64,000 nucleotides of DNA, taken from positions 34,755-98,754 of the forward strand of contig DBZK01000010.1 in the NCBI GenBank assembly GCA_002311135.1. Direction: 5' to 3'. The position numbers and the translations under genes are program-made. This DNA is from Dehalococcoidia bacterium UBA1162 (GTDB lineage Bacteria > Chloroflexota > Dehalococcoidia > GIF9 > UBA5629). Positions 56,479 to 64,000 of the stretch are shown in pieces; the stretch's first letter is position 1; each line of letters starts with the position of its first letter. The notes below the pieces were generated by a model. The model saw only the letters and a program-made list of their open reading frames with translations. It made no database searches and was not told the origin of the DNA.

Positions 56479-57069
56479 ATGCCGCAAAAGTCTTCCTTAA
56501 ACAACAGGCCGATTGAAATACGATGGCACGGACGAGGAGGACAGGGTGCAATCACGGCAGCCAAAATTATTGCTGCCGCAGCCTATGCCAAGGGCTACCG
56601 GGGAGTAACCGCTGCGCCATCATTCGGTGCTGAAAGGCGCGGAGCCCCCGTTAGCGCCTCCACCAGGATAGCCAGTGAGCCGATTATGGTAGTATCGCAA
56701 GTTGAAAAACCCGATATTGTGGTAGTGCTCGACCATACGTTGCTATCGTATCCGGATGTCACGCAGGGGCTGGGCAAGGATGGTTGGATGATCGTTAATT
56801 CGCCCTTATTACCCAAAGAATTGGGCATCAAGTTTGAATGCAACGTTGCTACCGCTGACGCCACTAGGGTCTGCGAAAAATTGGGTTTGATAGTTGCGGG
56901 CCTGGTCATAGTCAATACTGCCATATTGGGCGCATTGATACGCGCTACGAAAATAGTCGACCTGCCAACATTGGAGAAAGTCATACGTGAAAGGTTCCCC
57001 GCTAGCACAGTCGAGATCAACCTTGCAGCCATTAACAAGACGTATGAAATCACCAGGTCGGCCAAATAG
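56479..57069 (+). CDS. porG: 2-oxoacid:ferredoxin oxidoreductase gamma subunit
   Basis: 196 aa. IRWHGRGGQGAITAAKII is the gamma-subunit signature, and it is the first gene of a gamma-delta-alpha-beta operon. Confidence 0.8.
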   Translation: MPQKSSLNNRPIEIRWHGRGGQGAITAAKIIAAAAYAKGYRGVTAAPSFGAERRGAPVSASTRIASEPIMVVSQVEKPDIVVVLDHTLLSYPDVTQGLGKDGWMIVNSPLLPKELGIKFECNVATADATRVCEKLGLIVAGLVIVNTAILGALIRATKIVDLPTLEKVIRERFPASTVEINLAAINKTYEITRSAK

Positions 57070-57081
57070 GGTCTAATAAAT

Positions 57082-57378
57082 ATGGGGACCAGAGATTGTA
57101 ACCACATTTGCGATGAGTCATCACCGGGCATCGGCGAAGCCGGGAGGACGGGCGAATGGCGTACGCTGATGCCGGTCATCGACGATAAAAAATGCACCGC
57201 TTCGAAGCTGAACAAGCCCACTTGTTTCCTCTGCTGGCTTTACTGCCCCGAAGCTGTAATAACCAAGGGAATCCCCCCCTTGATAAACCTGGAGTACTGC
57301 AAAGGATGCGGTATCTGCTTACAGGTTTGTCCCGTGCAGGCTATTGTTATGATCCACGAAGAGAAAATAGCAGACTGA
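57082..57378 (+). CDS. porD: 2-oxoacid:ferredoxin oxidoreductase delta subunit (2x[4Fe-4S] ferredoxin)
   Basis: 98 aa with two CxxCxxCxxxCP motifs (CFLCWLYCP and CKGCGICLQVCP). Confidence 0.75.
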   Translation: MGTRDCNHICDESSPGIGEAGRTGEWRTLMPVIDDKKCTASKLNKPTCFLCWLYCPEAVITKGIPPLINLEYCKGCGICLQVCPVQAIVMIHEEKIAD

Positions 57379-57382
57379 TATT

Positions 57383-58603
57383 ATGGCGATACAGAGAAAG
57401 GCCAACGTACATATTTTGGACGGAAACCAGGCAGCCGCAATAGCTGCCATGATGAGCCGGGTGCAGGTTATTGCCGCTTACCCTATCACCCCCCAGACAC
57501 CACTTACCGAGCAGTTATCTCGATACGTGGAACAGGGTGAATTGCAGGCGGAATACGTAGCCGTAGAAAGCGAGCACAGCGCTATGGCCGTATGCACCTC
57601 CGCTTCACTGGTGGGAGCACGCACTTTCACGGCCACAAGCTCCCACGGACTGGCCTATATGCATGAGATGCTGCACTGGGCCGCCGGGGCACGCCTGCCC
57701 ATAGTGCTGGCCTGCGTTAACCGCGCCATCGGGGCGCCGTGGAATGTTTTGAACGACCAGCAGGACTCTATCTCTCAGCGTGATACGGGCTGGATCCAGA
57801 TATATTGCCGCAATAATCAGGAGATCATGGATACCATAATCCAGGCCTACCGGATAGCTGAGCAAGTTTTCGTCCCAGTTATGGTCTGCTATGACGGCTA
57901 TATACTTTCGCACACGGAAATGCCCGTCGATGTTCCAATCCAAGAAGAAGTAGACAGGTACCTTCCATCTTACCAACCTCATACCGTGCTTGATCCGGCC
58001 AATCCCAAAAACTATAACCTGGTGACATTGGCCAATCCTCGGGTGGGAGTGGACGGTAAGCTATGCCATGGGTATATGGAGCTCAGATACCTGCTTCAGG
58101 AAGCTCTGCAAAATTCCAAGGAAGTTATTGTGAAATCGGGCAAGGAATTCAACCAGCTCTTTGGCCGCGACTATGCCAATGTGTTCTGGGAAGACCGCAA
58201 CGAGGATGCGGAGATAACCATAGTAGCCATGGGTAGCCTGGCCATGGAAGCCATCGTGGCCGCCGATATGCTGCGGGAGCAGGGCATCAAAGTCGGTGTG
58301 CTTGGACTAAGGGTTTTCCGTCCCTTCCCCAAATCGGAAGTGGTGCAAGCCCTGCGCAAGTCCAAACTTATCGTGGTTTTCGATAAAAATATCAGCTATG
58401 GTTCCGAAGGCGCTACCTGCTCCGAGATCAAATCCGCGCTTTACGGGACATACATTAATGCCGCCATCAGGAACTTCATCGTCGGACTGGGTGGAAGGGA
58501 TATAAAGGCCCGAGAGTTGGTCGAGGCTACTAAAAAGGCCATAGCATCGCTCAAAGAAACGGTTGTCAACCCCGACTACCCCGAATGGATTTGCGAGATT
58601 TAG
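57383..58603 (+). CDS. porA: 2-oxoacid:ferredoxin oxidoreductase alpha subunit
   Basis: 406 aa with a POR_N/transketolase-like domain. Confidence 0.85.
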   Translation: MAIQRKANVHILDGNQAAAIAAMMSRVQVIAAYPITPQTPLTEQLSRYVEQGELQAEYVAVESEHSAMAVCTSASLVGARTFTATSSHGLAYMHEMLHWAAGARLPIVLACVNRAIGAPWNVLNDQQDSISQRDTGWIQIYCRNNQEIMDTIIQAYRIAEQVFVPVMVCYDGYILSHTEMPVDVPIQEEVDRYLPSYQPHTVLDPANPKNYNLVTLANPRVGVDGKLCHGYMELRYLLQEALQNSKEVIVKSGKEFNQLFGRDYANVFWEDRNEDAEITIVAMGSLAMEAIVAADMLREQGIKVGVLGLRVFRPFPKSEVVQALRKSKLIVVFDKNISYGSEGATCSEIKSALYGTYINAAIRNFIVGLGGRDIKARELVEATKKAIASLKETVVNPDYPEWICEI

Positions 58604-58615
58604 GGAGATATAAAG

Positions 58616-59521
58616 TTGAAAGCCAATGCCGTCAATTTAATTGAACAGGAATGGATTTTACCGGGCAACCGCACCTGCCCCGGATGCGCCCTGTCACTGG
58701 CCTATCGCCACACGTTGAAAGCACTGGAGGGCCAGTGCATCGTCACTGTGCCGGCAAGCTGTGCCACGGTGCTGCATGGCATGTATCCCATCACGGCGGT
58801 CAACGTACCCTGTGTAAACACACCATTTGCTTCAACAGGCGCGTCGGCAACCGGGCTGGTCGCAGGCCTAAAGGCTCTGGGTAAAAAAGGTATAACCGTA
58901 CTGGCCTTCGCCGGGGACGGCGGCACGCATGATATTGGCATTCAGTCTCTAAGCGGGGCGGCGGAGAGGCAAATGGACTTTATCTATATTTGCTATGACA
59001 ATGAGGGCTATATGAACACGGGCAACCAGCGTTCGGGCTCCACCCCACTGGGCGCCGTATCGGGCACTACCCCTATTCTGGGCAAGCAGCAATACCAGAA
59101 GGATATTACCGCTATTATGGAGGCACACGGCATACCCTATGTTGCCACTTGCTCGGCATCTTATCCTCTTGATCTATACGAGAAAGTTAAAAAGGCCCGG
59201 ACAATCGAGGGCACAAGGTTTTTGCATGTACATACACCGTGCCCCCCGGGCTGGCTCTTCCCCTTCAGCGACACCATTAAGTTCGGAGAGATGGCTGTGG
59301 AGACCGGCCTGGTAGTTCTTTATGAAATAGAAAACGGTATTTTCAGACTGACATCGCACAGTGAATCGATGGCCCTCAGGGGAGGGAACCTTCAACCGGT
59401 CCGTGAATATTTCATCTCGCAGGGCAGGTTCAAGACCATCACAGAAGAACAGATAGATGAGCTCCAGGACTGGGTTAATGCCCGTTGGAAGCATTGCCTG
59501 CACAGAGCTACCAACCTGTAA
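58616..59521 (+). CDS. porB: 2-oxoacid:ferredoxin oxidoreductase beta subunit (TPP-binding)
   Basis: 301 aa. CPGCAL and the TPP-binding GDGG motif (FAGDGGTHDIG). Confidence 0.85.
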   Translation: MKANAVNLIEQEWILPGNRTCPGCALSLAYRHTLKALEGQCIVTVPASCATVLHGMYPITAVNVPCVNTPFASTGASATGLVAGLKALGKKGITVLAFAGDGGTHDIGIQSLSGAAERQMDFIYICYDNEGYMNTGNQRSGSTPLGAVSGTTPILGKQQYQKDITAIMEAHGIPYVATCSASYPLDLYEKVKKARTIEGTRFLHVHTPCPPGWLFPFSDTIKFGEMAVETGLVVLYEIENGIFRLTSHSESMALRGGNLQPVREYFISQGRFKTITEEQIDELQDWVNARWKHCLHRATNL

Positions 59522-59557
59522 TTTAACGCTGGGCTCAAAGCGGCTTTCCCCTGTGTG

Positions 59558-59983
59558 CTACTGCGATTGAGACTCAGCCAGTTCTTTTAGGACGCGTTCG
59601 AAAACGGCCATGTCTCTGGCTGAAAAACGTTTACGGAAATTTTCGTCCAGGTCATCTGCGAATTTAATAATCTTGGGGCCGACTTCTCTAGCCTGTCCGG
59701 TAAGGTAGACCAGGGCTGACCGCCGGTCCTCGGCATTAGGCCGGCGTTCTACATAACCGCTTTTCTCCATACGATCGAGTATGCCGGTAATGGTGGAACC
59801 GTCGAGCGAGACACGCTGTGCCAACTCTCCAATGGTAATTCCATCGCCCATCCAGAGTGCTTTAAAGATCATGTATTGGGGTGTAGTCAGGTTAAATGGC
59901 GCCAGACGGGACTCGTAATGCTCGTAAACCTTACGCATCACCCGTCCAATATTAAAACAGATATGTTCTCTGGCGTCGTACAT
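59558..59983 (-). CDS. MarR-family transcriptional regulator
   Basis: 141 aa winged HTH (LTTPQYMIFKALW...ITIGELAQRVSLDGSTITGILDRMEKSGYVERR). Confidence 0.8.
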   Translation of the reverse strand: MYDAREHICFNIGRVMRKVYEHYESRLAPFNLTTPQYMIFKALWMGDGITIGELAQRVSLDGSTITGILDRMEKSGYVERRPNAEDRRSALVYLTGQAREVGPKIIKFADDLDENFRKRFSARDMAVFERVLKELAESQSQ

Positions 59984-60162
59984 AGCTTCGCTTATTAATT
60001 TTTACGCAGATATTTTGCACACAATGTAATGAGTTGAACACCTTTTGTCAAGGCAGCGGACACGCTTCCCTTTACCTCTTGACAAGCCTAATATATTCTT
60101 GTTAGACTGCGCACAAATATATTGTACACAAAATAATTGTTGAATAATAATCGAGGTGAGAA

Positions 60163-61218
60163 ATGGCCAAAGCTATTTATGACAAACTAGCGGGTGCCTT
60201 GAATGCACGCAGTATGGCTGTACCGGCGGTACCTTGTGCCGAATATTACTCACTGGTTGAATTCCTCTTTTCAGAGGATGAGGCGGCTATTGTATGCGCC
60301 ATGCCCATTGAATATGCCAGAGTGGAGGAGGTCGCCGCAAACCTGGGAACCAAAGACCTCAAAAAGCTTACAGCCCAACTCGAGACTATGGGAGACAAGG
60401 GCATAATACATATTAAAGAGGAAAACGGCGTGAAGCTCTACGAGGGCCTTCCCTTCGTACCGGGCTTGATCGAGTTCCAACTGATGACAGGCATCGTTGA
60501 CGAACGACATAAGAAATTTGCCTTTTTGCTCAGGGACTACTCCAAGGCGGTGAAAAGGGAATTTATGTCGGCTACACCGCCTAAGTTGCAGAAATCGGCT
60601 GCGGGACGGCAGATTCCAGTTGATAAAGAGATCAGACAGGTAACGACTGTTATCCCCTATAAAGAGGCAAAAGAGTTGATTCAAAAAACGGAATATATTG
60701 CTGCAGGCACATGTGTCTGCCGTCACCAAGGCAACCTTATAGGAAAGCCCAGTTCCGAACCGCTTAACAACTGCATGGTCCTCGGAGAATCCGCCAAATT
60801 TGCCGTGCAGCGCGGTTTCACCAAGCGTTTGAACAGGGAGGAAGCGCTTGCCCGGCTTGACGAAGCCGAAAAGGCGGGACTGGTTCACAACTATGCCAAT
60901 ACTCCGCAGCAGTTTACCAACCTTCTATGCAACTGTTGCGGCTGCCATTGCTGGATCATCAAAGGGGCCAAAAACTCACCGGTCCCCAGCCTGATGGTAA
61001 ATGCCAGGTATCTGGTGCATATCAATGAGGAAGACTGCACAGCTTGTGAAGCATGCATAGAGAGGTGTTGGATGCAGGCACTGAAGATGGTTGACGGTAA
61101 GATTACCAGGGATGAAAAACGCTGTATAGGCTGCGGTGTTTGCATGTTAGCCTGCCCGACCGAAGCGCTCTATCTCGAACCCCGGGAAGCGGGCAAGATA
61201 CCGCTTAAAAATTGCTAG
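60163..61218 (+). CDS. Fe-S protein: unknown N-terminal domain, unusual CxCCGCHC motif, and a C-terminal 2x[4Fe-4S] ferredoxin domain
   Basis: 351 aa. CNCCGCHCW, then CTACEACIERC and CIGCGVCMLACP. Divergently transcribed from the MarR gene. Confidence 0.55.
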   Translation: MAKAIYDKLAGALNARSMAVPAVPCAEYYSLVEFLFSEDEAAIVCAMPIEYARVEEVAANLGTKDLKKLTAQLETMGDKGIIHIKEENGVKLYEGLPFVPGLIEFQLMTGIVDERHKKFAFLLRDYSKAVKREFMSATPPKLQKSAAGRQIPVDKEIRQVTTVIPYKEAKELIQKTEYIAAGTCVCRHQGNLIGKPSSEPLNNCMVLGESAKFAVQRGFTKRLNREEALARLDEAEKAGLVHNYANTPQQFTNLLCNCCGCHCWIIKGAKNSPVPSLMVNARYLVHINEEDCTACEACIERCWMQALKMVDGKITRDEKRCIGCGVCMLACPTEALYLEPREAGKIPLKNC

Positions 61219-61226
61219 CCCGTAAT

Positions 61227-61862
61227 TTAATTTTGCTTTTGTTCGTTCTCTTTCCTGGCAGCGCGGTCCCTTGCCCAGCGATGGATCTCATCTAATGCCG
61301 GCGGCGCCACGCTGAAGACATCAACGTCTTTGGGGAATTGCACCAGGTGCCCTTCCCTGATGAAAAGCAGGGCTACGTCACCATCCTTAAGCGTTTCGTC
61401 TATGGCCTTGCTGATATACTGGTATCTCCTGCGGGAAGCCTCACCGAAAAATTCGTAAATCTTGGTAGCAACCTTATCGCTGAGGAATCCAATCATAAGG
61501 CAGCGTTCCCAGTCCATCACCTCTTCCAGCAGCTTGGTATCTTCAATACATTTTAGTTTGTCGCCGTTTTTGCATCGGTTGCATATCAATTCATGGCTTT
61601 TAGGATTAAGTCCTTCCAACAATTTGAGTCCTTCCTCCCCATCCGAATTGACAGTCTCGTGATAAATTACGGTCACACTGCCCAGGCTGTTCTCGAGCTT
61701 ATTAACCATTTCATTAACCTGCTGCCAATATTTTTCGAACAACTCCAGATAGTCTGCGGGTGATTCTTTACCGGCATAGATAAGCGGCACCTGAAGGATT
61801 TTCCTGTTATGCTTGTAGCTGCTGACTTCCGGTTTTTCTACTTTGCCTAATTCTTGTGACAT
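61227..61862 (-). CDS. Hypothetical protein
   Basis: 211 aa with no recognised domain. Confidence 0.35.
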   Translation of the reverse strand: MSQELGKVEKPEVSSYKHNRKILQVPLIYAGKESPADYLELFEKYWQQVNEMVNKLENSLGSVTVIYHETVNSDGEEGLKLLEGLNPKSHELICNRCKNGDKLKCIEDTKLLEEVMDWERCLMIGFLSDKVATKIYEFFGEASRRRYQYISKAIDETLKDGDVALLFIREGHLVQFPKDVDVFSVAPPALDEIHRWARDRAARKENEQKQN

Positions 61863-61950
61863 CGCTTATAACCCCAAGCATTCTACACCAGCGATCAGAC
61901 CGAGACAAATGTGAATGATCGGATATGTTGCAGTTAGGTATTATCGCCGA

Positions 61951-64000
61951 TTAGGGAGTCACCTCAAAATAACCTTCCAGCCTGATATCCCGCGAAGATG
62001 CTCCGATCATCACTTTAAAAACCCCCGGCTCAACAGTCGGTTTCATAGATTTATCGTAAAAAGCAAGCTCTCTGCCTTGGATCTCAAATTCCACCTTCCT
62101 GGTCTGGCCTGCCTTTATATCTATTCGATGGAAACTCTTCAACTCCTTTATTGGCCTGGTTATACTGGCTACTACATCGTTTATATAAAGTTGCACTACC
62201 TCTGCGCCATCTTTCTTTCCGGTGTTAGTAATATCGGCCAGTATCTTTACCTTTCCATCTCGAGGTATTCTATGCGGTTTTATGCGAAGATTTCGATATA
62301 GATATTCCGTATAGCTGAGCCCAAAGCCGAATTCAAAAAGCGGACCGGTGCAGGAGTCGACGTATTCACCCCAGAATTGCGATTTGCCGCCGGTCGGTTT
62401 GAGCCCGTAGTATACCGGGAGTTGGCCAATGTCACGTGGAAAGGATATGGGAAGTTTTCCGCCCGGATTATAATCTCCAAAAAGAATATCGGCGACTGCG
62501 TTGCCACCCTCTTCGCCGGGCAGCCAGGCTTCAACAATTGCAGGCACTTTCTCAGCTATCCAGTCAAAAGCCACGGGCCTGCCATCAATGATTACAAGGA
62601 TGACGGGTTTACCTGTATCGCAAACAGCACGTATTAACTGCTGTTGCACCTCGGGCAAACCGAGCGTCGTCCTATCCCTCATTTCGCCGCAGGTGCATTC
62701 CGGGGTCAAGCCCGATTTCCCCCCCATCACCATCACTACAGCTTCGGCGGAACCAGCGGCTTCAACAGCCCGGGCGAATCCTTCAGTCGAATCGCTTCCC
62801 AATTCACAGCCCCGGGCATAAATAACATCACAAGACGGTGAAACCTTCTTTTTTATTCCCTCCAGAACGCTAACTACGGGTACGGTCATTTTGTCCGGCT
62901 GCACTTCTTCCGGCGGCATTTCACAATTTATGCTAAAAGCAGTCATTCCCATTACCTGCGCATGCGCCGGATATGTATAATCACCCAGTTGGTTCCTGGG
63001 ATTATCTGCGTTTGGACCTATTACAGCCAGCTTTTTTATTCCTTTATCCAGAGGCAAAATGTTCCCGCTGTTCTTGAGCAGCACAATGGATTCGCGTGCC
63101 GCTTCCAGGGCAAGATTACGGTGCTCAGGAATATCAAATACCTTGCACGTATCATTTCGTTCCGTATACGGCTCTTCGAACAGTCCGAGCATAAATTTTA
63201 GTTTGAGGACCCTTCTCACAGAACGATCGATCAGGCTGACGGGAAACCTGGCGGATTTCACTTCGTTCTTAAAGGCCTCGGTCATGCAATCCTGGTTAGG
63301 CAACTCCTGGTCTATGCCCGCCCTGAGCGCCAGCTTGGCGGCATCTTCCCTGGTTGCAGCAATCCGATGATTCCGAAACAGCATGACAACAGCATAATAG
63401 TCCGAAACAACGATACCCTCGAATCCCCACTCATCGCGTAGAATCCGTGTTAATAATTCCTCAGAAGAGGCGCAGGGGATGCCGTCGATCTCGTTATACG
63501 CATTCATAATCGATAGAGCACCTGCTTCCTTGATTACCCTTTCAAAGGGATATAAATATACCTCCCTTAACATCCTTTGTGGTATGTCCGCCGGTGCGTG
63601 GTTCAGGCCACCTTCGGATTTTCCGTAGCCGATAAAATGTTTCAGGGTGGAAACAATGCCCCGTTTTATATCAGGCCCCTGCAATGCCCTGACATAGGCA
63701 ATCCCCATTTCGGCCGTCAGATAAGGGTCCTCCCCATAGGTTTCCTCTATGCGTCCCCATCTGGGATCCCGCGCAATATCAAGAACTGGTGAGAGGCCCT
63801 GTCGAATGCCGGCGGCGACCATCTGCTTTCTAATAACTGCAGCCATCTCCCCGATCAATACAGGGTCCCAGGTGCTCCCCATGCCTATTATCTGCGGGAA
63901 AATAGTCGCCTGTTTGGCGTTAAATCCGTTCAGGCACTCCTCATGCACAATAGCTGGAATGCCTAGTCTGGTGTTTTCCATCAGGAAATGCTGCACGTTA
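61951..64000 (-). CDS. Glycoside hydrolase family 3 beta-glucosidase (N-terminus beyond window end)
   Basis: GH3 catalytic region (GFEGIVVSDY, KHFIGYG), a C-terminal GH3_C and a fibronectin-like domain. The ORF continues past position 64000. Confidence 0.8.
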   Translation of the reverse strand, partial: NVQHFLMENTRLGIPAIVHEECLNGFNAKQATIFPQIIGMGSTWDPVLIGEMAAVIRKQMVAAGIRQGLSPVLDIARDPRWGRIEETYGEDPYLTAEMGIAYVRALQGPDIKRGIVSTLKHFIGYGKSEGGLNHAPADIPQRMLREVYLYPFERVIKEAGALSIMNAYNEIDGIPCASSEELLTRILRDEWGFEGIVVSDYYAVVMLFRNHRIAATREDAAKLALRAGIDQELPNQDCMTEAFKNEVKSARFPVSLIDRSVRRVLKLKFMLGLFEEPYTERNDTCKVFDIPEHRNLALEAARESIVLLKNSGNILPLDKGIKKLAVIGPNADNPRNQLGDYTYPAHAQVMGMTAFSINCEMPPEEVQPDKMTVPVVSVLEGIKKKVSPSCDVIYARGCELGSDSTEGFARAVEAAGSAEAVVMVMGGKSGLTPECTCGEMRDRTTLGLPEVQQQLIRAVCDTGKPVILVIIDGRPVAFDWIAEKVPAIVEAWLPGEEGGNAVADILFGDYNPGGKLPISFPRDIGQLPVYYGLKPTGGKSQFWGEYVDSCTGPLFEFGFGLSYTEYLYRNLRIKPHRIPRDGKVKILADITNTGKKDGAEVVQLYINDVVASITRPIKELKSFHRIDIKAGQTRKVEFEIQGRELAFYDKSMKPTVEPGVFKVMIGASSRDIRLEGYFEVTP

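Overview
The window is 64 kb of bacterial chromosome, about 55-60% GC outside one AT-rich segment, densely packed with housekeeping genes. Those recognised by motif include prfB (with its programmed +1 frameshift), nfi, radC, secDF, cca, proBA, rph, rnj, ftsK, uvrB, ruvCA, yebC, smpB plus tmRNA (ssrA), comEA/comEC and a four-subunit 2-oxoacid:ferredoxin oxidoreductase. The ORF track allows TTG/GTG starts, so several starts were moved to plausible ATG/SD sites. The most interesting region is a low-GC accessory island at about 26.5-32.4 kb, inserted between ftsK and an acyl-CoA dehydrogenase gene. It carries a tightly linked DUF262 (ParB/GmrSD-like) plus HEPN/Abi-like gene pair that is a candidate two-gene anti-phage or abortive-infection module. 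The island also holds a YwbE-like and a DUF3820-like small protein, an AbrB-type antitoxin plus PIN toxin pair with an operator palindrome, a secreted S1 serine protease-thioredoxin fusion followed by a degenerate remnant of a paralog, and an orphan SPPY-type DNA methyltransferase. A second candidate system is a translationally coupled NurA-like / 197-aa unknown / HerA-like ATPase operon at 8.35-11.76 kb. Three families of short dispersed intergenic repeats recur across the window and are not explained by the gene annotation: a GTCATTGCGAG-armed palindromic element, a TTTAGAGCTT-type low-complexity element that forms long hairpins, and a CCCTCT/AGAGGG double-hairpin palindrome. No CRISPR array, rRNA, tRNA, transposase or integrase was seen. 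Every call rests on motif recognition by eye, with no searches run.
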